From contig CAZVQU010000001.1 in NCBI GenBank assembly GCA_964629655.1, forward strand, positions 548,056 through 612,055: a stretch of 64,000 bases of DNA. Reading direction: 5' to 3'. This document shows positions 39,425 to 48,811 of the stretch, one piece after another. Both the position numbers and the translations under genes were made by a program. The DNA is from an uncultured Planctomycetia bacterium (GTDB taxonomy: Bacteria > Omnitrophota > Gorgyraeia > Duberdicusellales > 4484-171). Under the pieces are notes generated by a model that was given only the letters and a program-made list of their open reading frames with translations, ran no database searches and was not told the DNA's origin. Within the stretch, counting starts at the first letter, position 1; every line of letters starts with the position of its first letter.

Positions 39425-39592
39425 TTAAGCAGAAGTTGCTTTCTGTTTCTTGCCTTTCCTTAAGAAATGCTTTGCACGCTGGGTAAGCTTCTCGTAAGGG
39501 ATTTCTCCTTTTGAGTGTTGCTTTGCTTCTTTGCGAGCTTTTTTAGTCTTTTTCTTATGGATTTTTTTTAGTTCATGTTTCGGTCTTCCCAT
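39425..39592 (-). CDS. Small, very basic protein (55 aa)
   Basis: GGAGG RBS before ATG 39592; MGRPKHELKKIHKKKTKKARKE... Confidence 0.65.
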   Translation of the reverse strand: MGRPKHELKKIHKKKTKKARKEAKQHSKGEIPYEKLTQRAKHFLRKGKKQKATSA

Positions 39593-39764
39593 ATAGCCTC
39601 CTAATTCAGACATATAACTTATGCTTAATATATCGGTAAGTTATGTCTTTATTAGATTATTTATAGAAAACACTTTTTGTCAAGTTATTTCTCCAAAACG
39701 CCTGCTGTCCCCGGATAAATATTTTGTTGCTTAAATCGACTTTTCTTCATATAATAGTAGCCTG

Positions 39765-40214
39765 ATGGATGGATTTTGGGAAGGGATAACTAAGAATAAG
39801 GCTTTCTGGGCGATAACTTTCAGCGCTATAGCTGCACAGGGCCTAAAGATTGTCTTAGGGGTAATAAAGGAGAGAAGATTCAACTTTTATTGGCTTCTCG
39901 GTACAGGGGGAATGCCGTCTACCCATAGCGCTGCAGTAGTATCTTTGGTTGTCTGCATTAGCAAGGAGCTGGGTAGCTCTTCGCCTTTCTTTGCTCTAAG
40001 TATACTTTTTGCTTTGATTACTATGTTTGATGCTCAAACTTGGCGGCGTTCTATAGGATTCCAAGCCAAGATTCTTAATAAAATAATGGTGGACTTTCAG
40101 GAAGGGAAGAAAATCCGAGAAGACAGATTAAGAGAACTCGTCGGGCACACTCCGATAGAGGTTCTTATGGGCGCCTTTGTCGGTGTCGCTGTTACTTTTA
40201 TGTTTTACCGCTAG
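39765..40214 (+). CDS. Divergent PAP2 family protein (DUF212)
   Basis: GTGGMPSTHSA, MFDA...RR..G.QA.ILN, LRELVGHTPIEV. Confidence 0.92.
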   Translation: MDGFWEGITKNKAFWAITFSAIAAQGLKIVLGVIKERRFNFYWLLGTGGMPSTHSAAVVSLVVCISKELGSSSPFFALSILFALITMFDAQTWRRSIGFQAKILNKIMVDFQEGKKIREDRLRELVGHTPIEVLMGAFVGVAVTFMFYR

Positions 40215-40227
40215 AAAAGGAGTTTTC

Positions 40228-41055
40228 ATGAAAAAAGTACATATAGGTATTATAGTCGGCGGAATTATTGCAGCAATTATACTAGCTTTGAGCCTATCGT
40301 CTGAGGGCGAAAAAGGCCAAGACGCTATCTCAAAGATTCCTTTGTTAGAAGATGCCGAGAGCGCCTACAGAGACGGGAGGCTTCTAGAGGCAAGGACTCT
40401 CTATGGGAGTGCAGTCGAGAATATTACCGATGTGAATAGGCTCAAGGAGGTCCGAGGAAAATTAGAAGAGCTAAATATTAAAATTATCCTTTCACCGGTT
40501 ATAGATGAGTGTAGTACCGAGTATATAGTTCGGTCTAGAGATGCTTTGGAAAAAATCGCCAGGAAGTTTGGTACCACAGTAAATCTTATAAAGAGATCAA
40601 ATAACCTACCTTCGGATACAATACGGCTAAGGCGAAGGCTTAAGGTAAATACCTGTAAGTTCTCTATAGTCGTAGACAAATCCCAAAATTCCCTTTTTTT
40701 AAAGAAAAAAGGCAGAGTCATCAAGACATACACTGTCTCTACCGGTAAAGATAATTCGACCCCTACAGGAACTTTCCATATTGATAGAAATAAGCTCATA
40801 AAACCTACTTGGTATAAGACCGGTGCGATTATCCCTCCAGATAGTCCAGATAATATTCTTGGCTCGAGGTGGATGGGTTTAGAAGGAGTTGACGATGGTG
40901 GGGTAGAGATAGAGGGCTATGGCATTCACGGGACAACTAAACCCAACGATCTAGGAAAGCAAATCACCTTGGGTTGTGTGAGAATGAAGAACGAAGACGT
41001 AGAAGTTTTGTTTGATATTGTTCCTGTTGGCACTGAAGTAATCATCATTGATTAA
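40228..41055 (+). CDS. LysM-domain L,D-transpeptidase (YkuD family)
   Basis: N-terminal TM, LysM (YIVRSRDALEKIARKFGTT), GYGIHGT...LGCVRM; AAGGAG RBS before ATG 40228. Confidence 0.9.
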   Translation: MKKVHIGIIVGGIIAAIILALSLSSEGEKGQDAISKIPLLEDAESAYRDGRLLEARTLYGSAVENITDVNRLKEVRGKLEELNIKIILSPVIDECSTEYIVRSRDALEKIARKFGTTVNLIKRSNNLPSDTIRLRRRLKVNTCKFSIVVDKSQNSLFLKKKGRVIKTYTVSTGKDNSTPTGTFHIDRNKLIKPTWYKTGAIIPPDSPDNILGSRWMGLEGVDDGGVEIEGYGIHGTTKPNDLGKQITLGCVRMKNEDVEVLFDIVPVGTEVIIID

Positions 41056-41074
41056 GTTTGGAGTGCAGTAGCTT

Positions 41075-42028
41075 ATGATGCAGAGTTGGGATTTTGAAAA
41101 ACCGATTATTGAGCTAGAGAGAAAGATAGAGGGGCTAAAAAAATTCTCTGAAGATAAAGCTGTAGATCTTTCTTCAGAGATTATCGATTTAACCGAGAAG
41201 CTAAAAAATCTTAAAGAAGAGATTTACTCTAAACTTTCTCCTTGGCAGAAAATTCAGATTTCTCGCCACCCCGAACGGCCGACCACTCTTGATTATATTA
41301 ATATGACAATGAAAGATTTTGTTCCCTTAGCCGGAGACCGCCTCTTCGGAGAGGATAAGGCACTTTTAACTGGCTTTGCAATGCTTGACCAAAGAAAGAT
41401 TGCTATTATCGGCCATCAGAAAGGGAAAGATACTAAAGAGAATATTGAAAGAAATTTCGGGTGTGCTCATCCCGAGGGCTATCGCAAAGCAATGCGAATA
41501 ATGCGTTTGGCCGAGCGGTTTAACATGCCAATTGTATGCCTTATCGATACCCCTGGCGCCTATCCGGGAGTCGGGGCTGAAGAGCGAGGACAAGCTCAGG
41601 CTATTGCTGAGAATATCAGAGATATGTTTTCTGTAAAGGTGCCGGTTTTGGTTACAGTTATTGGCGAGGGTGGTAGCGGAGGAGCCCTAGGCATTGGAGT
41701 GGGCGATAAGGTTTTAATCATGGAATATGCTTATTATTCAGTAATATCTCCTGAAGGGTGTGCAGCTATTTTGTGGAAAGATGCCTCTAAAAGAGAAGAG
41801 GCAGCAAAAGTTTTAAAACTAACTGCCCCTGATCTTCTTAAGATGGGCATAGTTGATGAGATTATTCCTGAGGCTGAAGGCGGTGCCCATAGAGGGGCCG
41901 AGCGTTCGGCACAGAATCTTAAAGAGGCGATAAATAAAAACTTAGATGAACTTTCTCATCTTTCCCTAGAGACGCTGCTGGATCAGAGATACCAGAGATA
42001 TAGGAAGATGGGAATTCTTAATGAATGA
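41075..42028 (+). CDS. accA: Acetyl-CoA carboxylase carboxyltransferase alpha subunit
   Basis: DFEKPI, RHPERP, PEGYRKA, DTPGAYPG..AEERGQ, GEGGSGGALG, YSVISPEGCA. Confidence 0.97.
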   Translation: MMQSWDFEKPIIELERKIEGLKKFSEDKAVDLSSEIIDLTEKLKNLKEEIYSKLSPWQKIQISRHPERPTTLDYINMTMKDFVPLAGDRLFGEDKALLTGFAMLDQRKIAIIGHQKGKDTKENIERNFGCAHPEGYRKAMRIMRLAERFNMPIVCLIDTPGAYPGVGAEERGQAQAIAENIRDMFSVKVPVLVTVIGEGGSGGALGIGVGDKVLIMEYAYYSVISPEGCAAILWKDASKREEAAKVLKLTAPDLLKMGIVDEIIPEAEGGAHRGAERSAQNLKEAINKNLDELSHLSLETLLDQRYQRYRKMGILNE

Positions 42029-42546
42029 GTATGCAGAAGTTGGTAATTTTAGGGATTCTAAAAGAAGGACCTAAGCACGGCTACGAGATAAAAAAAATAA
42101 TCAAAAAAGAACTGGGCATCTTTGCTTCCCTAGAGAATAAATCAATTTACTATCCCTTAAAGATGATGAAGGAGGGAGGGTTGATAAAAAAGAGTACTTC
42201 TAGAGACCGCGGAAAAATAGAACGACACGTTTACTCTCTTACCCCCCGGGGGAACAAAGAATTTCTTAGGCTAGCCATGGCTGCTCTGCTCTCCCAGAAA
42301 CGTCCCTTTATTGATATAGATATTCCCCTATATTTCTTACCCCACCTAGAGGAGAAAAAAGTCTTTGCTCACCTGCGGGTAAAGAAGAGATTTTTAGAAA
42401 AGGTCAGAAAGTGGCTGACTAATAATCTTAAAAGAAAAGGTGAATTTTCTCCTCACCAAAAACTCCTTTTAAAACATCATCTCAACCTTTTAAATACCGA
42501 GGAAGGGTTTGTTGATGAGGTTATGAAAATAGTTAAGGATTACTAG
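42025..42546 (+). CDS. PadR-family transcriptional regulator
   Basis: ILGILKEGPKHGYEI, SIYYPL, YSLTPRG. Confidence 0.9.
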   Translation: MSMQKLVILGILKEGPKHGYEIKKIIKKELGIFASLENKSIYYPLKMMKEGGLIKKSTSRDRGKIERHVYSLTPRGNKEFLRLAMAALLSQKRPFIDIDIPLYFLPHLEEKKVFAHLRVKKRFLEKVRKWLTNNLKRKGEFSPHQKLLLKHHLNLLNTEEGFVDEVMKIVKDY

Positions 42547-42638
42547 GGCAGAATCAGTACTTTAAGGCTTTTGTGGAGTGTTGATTTAAGGGTTCAAAAG
42601 TGGTAATATTTAATTAGGGAGGAGAAATAACTAATATT

Positions 42639-43040
42639 ATGAGAAAAGCTTTGACTATACCGGAAGTGCTTGTTGCTACGATATTTTTAACGGTTGTGCT
42701 CAGCGGTATTTTAATGCTTTTTATAAATTGCATGTTTTTAAATGAAGCCAATCGTAATTCGACCGTAGCTATTACTCATGCCCAGTATATAATGGAGGAG
42801 ATACGAAGCGTACCCTTTACCTCAATACAGACGATGGCTGATAATGGGGATTGGGATTTAGATGCGACTGAGCTCGAGGCCTCCCCTTATGGCCTGAGCG
42901 TTTTAGATGTTGAAGCAATAGACACAACGGTTACAGCTGTAGGTGATCTTCTCGAGGCGACAGTAGCCGTGAGTTGGCAAGACCGGCGAGGAAGAACCAG
43001 GAGTGATCAACTAACAACCCGAATGGCAGACTATCGATAG
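42639..43040 (+). CDS. Minor pilin (PilV-like)
   Basis: Class III signal KA/LTIPEVL (atypical), C-terminal V.VSW motif; promoter TTGATT-17-TAATAT at 42581. Confidence 0.75.
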   Translation: MRKALTIPEVLVATIFLTVVLSGILMLFINCMFLNEANRNSTVAITHAQYIMEEIRSVPFTSIQTMADNGDWDLDATELEASPYGLSVLDVEAIDTTVTAVGDLLEATVAVSWQDRRGRTRSDQLTTRMADYR

Positions 43041-43049
43041 GAGAAAACA

Positions 43050-43598
43050 TTGGAGAAGCACAAAAGTTATTATGGCAGCAGAAAGGGATTTACCATAATT
43101 GAGATAATGATAACCTTGGCTATTTTTTCGATTGTAATTGCCGCTATACACCAGGTGTTTGTTGCCGGTGAGAAGGTTTGGGATAATGATTTGAGCATGT
43201 TAGATATGCAACAGTCAACCCGTCGCGGGCTTTATTCAATAACAAGGGAGGCCAGAGCAGGCAGCCTTGCTAGCATGAGTGTGGCCGGTGGCTGTGACCA
43301 TATTGCATCTCCAGAGAATTGTACTCAGGTTACTCTTGATACTCCGGCTGAGAACAATATTTTATTCTTTCACGATAACTCTACTAACCAGGTTATTCGC
43401 CAAGATTCATTAGGCGTTCAAAGAATTTTAGCTAGTGATATTACTGATGCCTATTTTTGTTGTGCCCATGGCGATGGTGACTGCAGCTGTAATGCGACTT
43501 ATGATACTTTAGAAGTTCGGCTCCAGGCCGAGAAGGATACTCTAGGACGAACCTTGGATTTTTCTTTAAGGGCAAAAATAAAGGTAAGAAATGATTAA
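43050..43598 (+). CDS. Minor pilin (PilW-like)
   Basis: KG/FTIIEIM prepilin cleavage motif, ITREARAG, Cys-rich body. Confidence 0.82.
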   Translation: MEKHKSYYGSRKGFTIIEIMITLAIFSIVIAAIHQVFVAGEKVWDNDLSMLDMQQSTRRGLYSITREARAGSLASMSVAGGCDHIASPENCTQVTLDTPAENNILFFHDNSTNQVIRQDSLGVQRILASDITDAYFCCAHGDGDCSCNATYDTLEVRLQAEKDTLGRTLDFSLRAKIKVRND

Positions 43599-44718
43599 AA
43601 AACGGAAGGCAGTAGCTTTAATAACAGCATGTATTGTAACCGTATTTCTTAGCACAATCGGGATTGCCTTTACTTTCCGCAGTATCCAGGAACGTAATTT
43701 AGCCTCTAGATATGTTGACTCTGTAAAAGCTTTTTGGTTGGCTGAGGCAGCAGCAGCTAAAGGCTATAGTGAGTTAATGAGTAATCCTGCTTATAATGGT
43801 GAGGATTGGACACCACTGGCAGGCGGTAACTACAGAATTATAAGAGGCGTTTCATCTGGGGGTGTTGAGGTCAGAGCCGAGGCCATATCAGGCTCAGCTA
43901 CTCAGGCTTTAAGCTTTACCCTTGCTTTTATCCCTTATCCGTTTGAAAATACTATGTCTGCCGGAGATAGTATTACTTTAGATGGATTTCTCGGCAGCAT
44001 AAGTGTTTTCGGCAAGACCCGGCTCTCAGGAGCATTTTCCAAATCGGGGTTTATTACATCAGCCTGGTTTGAAGATAAAGTAGAAGGTGTAGACCCAGGT
44101 TATACATCTATGCCAGTCTCTGACTATAGCGGTAACGGAACAGCCGATGAATTTAGCGATTTTGTTATTATGGGTCAGGAGGTAGTTGCTGATTATCCGC
44201 CTGAGGAAGTAGTTTATCTGCAGACAAACGGAACCGTAAACATCTTTCCTGATTCGGCCCTAATTGGCAAGAAGGTGATTTTCATTGAAGGCGAGAGTCC
44301 CGGCCAAGGCAGTGCAAACATTTTTTTTGATGCTACCTGGCAAGACCAGGAAGATCTAACAATTATTTCTACCGGTGAGGTTACTTACGTTCAACCCTTA
44401 CAGTTCCAGGAAGATGCCCGTTTGAGCACTGTTTCCTGGGGTGATTTTAGCGAAGTGTCAATTTTCCAAAATGCTCACGAGAGTGTAATCTATACCCACG
44501 ATGATGCCCATTACATGGATATTCTGGATTGGGGCTCTACCACTGGTAATATTATTGCCCAAGATGATATAAGTATATTAGAGGTGATAACTAACGAGAA
44601 GTTTTACTATTCAGACCGCGCCTTTAACGGGGATTTACCGCCGGGTTTTGGCCGTTTGGGTTCAGCGTCAGGTATTTTATCTGACCAAGCAGTAGATTGG
44701 CAGGAGAGATATGATTAG
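43591..44718 (+). CDS. Minor pilin (PilX-like)
   Basis: KA/VALI N-terminus without Glu5, KAFWLAEAA, C-terminal DWQE. Confidence 0.75.
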   Translation: MIKKRKAVALITACIVTVFLSTIGIAFTFRSIQERNLASRYVDSVKAFWLAEAAAAKGYSELMSNPAYNGEDWTPLAGGNYRIIRGVSSGGVEVRAEAISGSATQALSFTLAFIPYPFENTMSAGDSITLDGFLGSISVFGKTRLSGAFSKSGFITSAWFEDKVEGVDPGYTSMPVSDYSGNGTADEFSDFVIMGQEVVADYPPEEVVYLQTNGTVNIFPDSALIGKKVIFIEGESPGQGSANIFFDATWQDQEDLTIISTGEVTYVQPLQFQEDARLSTVSWGDFSEVSIFQNAHESVIYTHDDAHYMDILDWGSTTGNIIAQDDISILEVITNEKFYYSDRAFNGDLPPGFGRLGSASGILSDQAVDWQERYD

Positions 44719-45184
44719 GAGAAAAGTTGTAGTAGGCATTTTATTATCTTGTTTGGCCATTGGTCTATTTTTATCCCTAAGTAAAGTCAAAGAAGAAGAA
44801 GAGGTTACCCTTAAAGTAAAGACAGAGAAAGAAGAAATAAAGGCAAAAAGGATTCGCCGCGAATTGGTTCCTGATAATCCCGAAGATTACGGCATGATTG
44901 TCTTTGAGCAGAGGGAAGAACCAGTGACCCAGGGGGAGTGGGATGAGTTGTTGGGAGAGAAGGTAAAAAAACTTAAGTCTAAGTCTTCTCTTGACACCTG
45001 GGATAAGCTAGAGAAAGCGGTAAAAGAAAAACCTCAAAAGACCAAGGAAAAAATCAAGGATCTTGACAAAAGACTTAAAGAGGCAGAGGCTGTTTTGAGA
45101 AAAGAGCCAAATAACCAAGAGACACAGAAGAGAATTAAGCGTCTGAGGATGCTTAGGGCTATTTCTCGAAGCCTTGTCCCTTAA
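44711..45184 (+). CDS. Hypothetical membrane-anchored coiled-coil protein
   Basis: N-terminal TM, charged helical body; overlaps the previous gene. Confidence 0.7.
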   Translation: MIRRKVVVGILLSCLAIGLFLSLSKVKEEEEVTLKVKTEKEEIKAKRIRRELVPDNPEDYGMIVFEQREEPVTQGEWDELLGEKVKKLKSKSSLDTWDKLEKAVKEKPQKTKEKIKDLDKRLKEAEAVLRKEPNNQETQKRIKRLRMLRAISRSLVP

Positions 45185-45313
45185 TTTTTCCCAAGTAGAC
45201 AGACCCCGATACGCTTCCCCCCAATGCCTTAATAGTGGCTAATTGACAGAGATTATAAAAAGTGATAATATTTACACTAAGAAGAAAAGTCTAAATTAAT
45301 AAAGGAGGCAAAG

Positions 45314-46624
45314 GTGAAAGAGAAATTTTCTTTATCTAATTTGAGCTTAAAGAGAAAGGTATGTATTGCCATAGCTCTAGTATCTCTATTGCCGGTAATC
45401 GTCCTTTTTTACCATTTTTCCGGGTATTATGTCTCTTTTTGGACCACTTTAATCCTAGCTGTAGTAGTAATTTTAGGGTGGTGGGTCGTATTTGAAGTTT
45501 TTTCATCTATTATCAAAATCTATACCCGTTCCCGAAATACCCTTGAAGACATAGGGGAAAGCGTTCCGGCTATCCCTGATGAAGTCCAAAGCTTAGAGAA
45601 GATGATTGGTCTTCTTTCCGATAAGGTAAAGAGCGGTTTTGAACAGCTAAGGGATTTTACCCGGATGACCGAGGATTTGAACAAGGAAGTCTCGCGAACA
45701 GTACTTATTTTATCTACTATTCTTCAAGCTAACGATTTATTCTCCAAAGAGGCCCCGGCAGAATCAGTAATTAAGCTAATTATTAACCATCTCAAGCATC
45801 TAATCCGGGCCGAAACCTGTTTTTGCGGCTTAGAAGATAGGGCAAAGGGTAGATTCGCAACAGTAGCCCGAGCAGGCATAGATTCTTTAAGGATCGATAG
45901 CTTTTTTAGAAAGAAAGACAAGGCACTTTCCCATCTTAAGGATATGATCGTGGTCGACAGACGTAATAAGCCAAAAGGTTATTCTTCCTGGATCCAGGAG
46001 TTAGAAGTAAAGAATATTGCTATTGCTCCAGTTAGCACCAAAGGGCGGATTATAGGTTTAATCGGGGTTGGCAATAACGAAGATGATTTCGCATTCAGCA
46101 AGGATGATTTAGAAATCCTAGGCCTGTTTGCCCAAAACGTTACTCTTATCTGGCAACACGAGAGGCTTTCAGAGAAGATCGAAGAGTTAGAGATTGTTGA
46201 CAGCTTAACCGGTCTTTATAACGAGAAATTGATAAAGACAAGATTAAGTGAAGAGATCAAAAGGTCTACTACTTACCAGAGACCTTGTGGGTTTATTGAG
46301 GTAGAGATAGTAAACTACGATGATTTTCGCAAGAAACGCGGGATGATTGAAGCTGAAAAAGTTCTCAAGAAAATGGCTAAGGCTTTTAAAGGGGCCTTAA
46401 GGCCTGTTGATATTGCTGGTAGAACCGGACCGAGTAAGTTAGGGGCTATTCTTATCGAGAGTAACAAAAGACAATCCCAGGAGATTGGCGAAAACCTAAA
46501 AAAGAGCCTGATTGAGGTTTGCGGGCCAGAGGTCAAACTAAAATTTTCTGTGGCAGCAAGCCCGATACATGGAGTTACTGCCCAAGAACTTATGTCATTC
46601 ATTCAAAAATCCAATAATACATAA
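45314..46624 (+). CDS. Membrane GAF plus degenerate GGDEF protein
   Basis: 2 TM, GAF (IAIAPV...IIGLIGVGN...FSKDDLEIL), VDSLTGLYN; A-site reads GPSKL, I-site RPVD kept. Promoter TTGACA-17-TAATAT at 45243. Confidence 0.8.
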   Translation: MKEKFSLSNLSLKRKVCIAIALVSLLPVIVLFYHFSGYYVSFWTTLILAVVVILGWWVVFEVFSSIIKIYTRSRNTLEDIGESVPAIPDEVQSLEKMIGLLSDKVKSGFEQLRDFTRMTEDLNKEVSRTVLILSTILQANDLFSKEAPAESVIKLIINHLKHLIRAETCFCGLEDRAKGRFATVARAGIDSLRIDSFFRKKDKALSHLKDMIVVDRRNKPKGYSSWIQELEVKNIAIAPVSTKGRIIGLIGVGNNEDDFAFSKDDLEILGLFAQNVTLIWQHERLSEKIEELEIVDSLTGLYNEKLIKTRLSEEIKRSTTYQRPCGFIEVEIVNYDDFRKKRGMIEAEKVLKKMAKAFKGALRPVDIAGRTGPSKLGAILIESNKRQSQEIGENLKKSLIEVCGPEVKLKFSVAASPIHGVTAQELMSFIQKSNNT

Positions 46625-46630
46625 GAAATT

Positions 46631-47077
46631 ATGGCAAAATTTCACAAACAAATTGATAAGCCTTTGGGGCAAATTTTAGTAGAGAGGGGTGTTATAAACA
46701 ATGCCCAACTTCAGCAGGCTATAGAAGCGCAAAAACATGGCGGAGGGCTTATCGGAGAGATAATTGTAGAATTAGGGTTTGCAAAAGAAGAGGATATTGC
46801 TTATTGTCTGTCATTGCAATTCGGTTACCCCTACCTTTCTTTAGAGAATTATGAGATATCCCCGGATGTTATAAAAATTATTTCTAAAAATGTTGCCACG
46901 CATTATTGTTTAGTACCTATAGATAAAATAGGAAATACTCTTACAGTTGCCATGGCTAACCCTCTGAATATCCAGGCTATAGAGGATTTAGAGGATGTAA
47001 CCCAGTGTGATATTCAAATATTTGTAAGTACTCCTTCGGACATACGAAGTAGTATAAAACGATTTTCCGGCAAGTAA
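46631..47077 (+). CDS. Stand-alone MshEN/T2SSE_N domain protein
   Basis: PLGQILVERGVI...LQQAIEAQ and LIGEIIVELG...LSLQ tandem motifs, then LTVAMANPLN; no ATPase domain. Confidence 0.85.
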   Translation: MAKFHKQIDKPLGQILVERGVINNAQLQQAIEAQKHGGGLIGEIIVELGFAKEEDIAYCLSLQFGYPYLSLENYEISPDVIKIISKNVATHYCLVPIDKIGNTLTVAMANPLNIQAIEDLEDVTQCDIQIFVSTPSDIRSSIKRFSGK

Positions 47078-47105
47078 GACTAACCCCCGAGCTTGGTTAA
47101 GACTT

Positions 47106-48806
47106 ATGAAAAGAAAGAAGTTTGCAGATTATTTGGTAGAACAAAAAGCGCTCAGCCAGGAAGATTTGGATAAAGTCTTAGAGATCCACAAAAAAAAGGA
47201 TGGTTCATTAGTCGAGCTGCTTGTAAAATTGGGCTACCTAAAAGAAGCCCAGCTTGTAGACATTCTATCTGGCTATCTTTCAATCCCACCAATCAGAGTC
47301 CTTAACTTAAATATCCCCAAGAATGTTTTAGGCCTGGTCCCGGAAAGAATGGCCCGGGATTATCAGGTTTTACCAATAGGAAAAATTGGTAATACCCTTA
47401 CTCTGGCTATGGGTGACCCGTTAAATGTTTTAATTATTGATGATATAAAAAATATTACTAAGTGTGAGATAAATCCGATCATAGCTCCGCTTTCTGAGAT
47501 CAGAGAAGCTATCTCTAATTACTATGTCCAAACTACAGAGTCTATTGAGGAGATAATAGAGGGTCAGGATGCTGAGGCTTTAAAGTATATACAAGACGGT
47601 AAAAAAGGAGTTACTCAAGAGGAAATCATCCACTCGATAGAAGAAGCGCCGATATTAAAGTTTACAAATCATTTTCTTAAGGTGGCGGTTGAGGAGAAGA
47701 CATCAGACATATTGATAGAACCCTTAGAGAGTACTAGCAGAATTAGGTTGCGCGTAGACGGTATTTTAAGAGAGGCAGAGACCTTCTCTAAGAAAATTCA
47801 CCCTTTCATAATATCAAGGATAAAGGTAATGTGTAACCTTAATATCTCTGAGCATAGGTTGCCCCAGGAAGGAAGATTCCGAGGAAAGATTTTGGATAAA
47901 AATGTAGATTTTAGAGTATCAATTCTGCCTTCTAGCATGGGCGAGAAGGCTGCAATCAGAGTTTTAGACAAAACCACAGCCCTTCTAAACTTAGACCTTT
48001 TAGGATTCGAGGAAGATGTTTTAAAGAGGATAAAAGAAGATAGCTTAAAAGCTCACGGCATGATTTTAGCTTGCGGGCCGACCGGAGCTGGCAAAACTAC
48101 AAGTTTATATTCGGTAATAAATCATATTTTTAGCCCTGAGAAGAATATCGTTACCGTAGAAGATCCGATAGAGTATCAATTAAAAGGAATTAATCAAGTA
48201 AGCATAAAGCCGTCTATAGATTTGACTTTTGCGACTACCTTACGTTCTATATTGCGGCAGGATCCCGATATAATAATGGTTGGTGAGATCAGAGACGGTG
48301 ATACTGCTGATATGGCTATAAAGTCTGCGTTAACCGGGCACCTAGTCTTGTCTACACTTCATACCACAACCAGCGCCGGTTCAATTACACGGCTTATCAA
48401 TATGGGGGTAGAGCCATTCTTGCTTTCCTCTACTCTCGTCGGAGTCCTTACGCAAAGATTAGTAAGGAAACTCTGTCCTAAGTGCAAGGAGAAGACTGAG
48501 ATGCCTAGTAGCATAAGGGAGAAGTATCTAATTAGCAAAGAGGCTGAGGTTTACAAGGCTAAAGGGTGTAATTCCTGCCAAAAGAGGGGTTATAAAGGAA
48601 GAGTGTCTTTATGTGAATACTTACAGGTTTTACCTAAGATGAGGAAACTAATAAGTATTTCAGCCTCAGAGAGTGTGATAAAAAAAGGAGCCCGAGAGGC
48701 TGGAATGCATACCCTAAGGGAAGACGGAATAATTAAATTAGAAAAAGGAATAACTACCCTAGAAGAAGTATTGAAAACCACAAGTGCTGACGAGCAGATG
48801 AAATAA
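47106..48806 (+). CDS. PilB/GspE-family extension ATPase 1
   Basis: GPTGAGKTT, TVEDPIEY, LRQDPDIIMVGEIRD, STLHT, two CxxC pairs. Confidence 0.93.
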   Translation: MKRKKFADYLVEQKALSQEDLDKVLEIHKKKDGSLVELLVKLGYLKEAQLVDILSGYLSIPPIRVLNLNIPKNVLGLVPERMARDYQVLPIGKIGNTLTLAMGDPLNVLIIDDIKNITKCEINPIIAPLSEIREAISNYYVQTTESIEEIIEGQDAEALKYIQDGKKGVTQEEIIHSIEEAPILKFTNHFLKVAVEEKTSDILIEPLESTSRIRLRVDGILREAETFSKKIHPFIISRIKVMCNLNISEHRLPQEGRFRGKILDKNVDFRVSILPSSMGEKAAIRVLDKTTALLNLDLLGFEEDVLKRIKEDSLKAHGMILACGPTGAGKTTSLYSVINHIFSPEKNIVTVEDPIEYQLKGINQVSIKPSIDLTFATTLRSILRQDPDIIMVGEIRDGDTADMAIKSALTGHLVLSTLHTTTSAGSITRLINMGVEPFLLSSTLVGVLTQRLVRKLCPKCKEKTEMPSSIREKYLISKEAEVYKAKGCNSCQKRGYKGRVSLCEYLQVLPKMRKLISISASESVIKKGAREAGMHTLREDGIIKLEKGITTLEEVLKTTSADEQMK

Positions 48807-48811
48807 TAATC

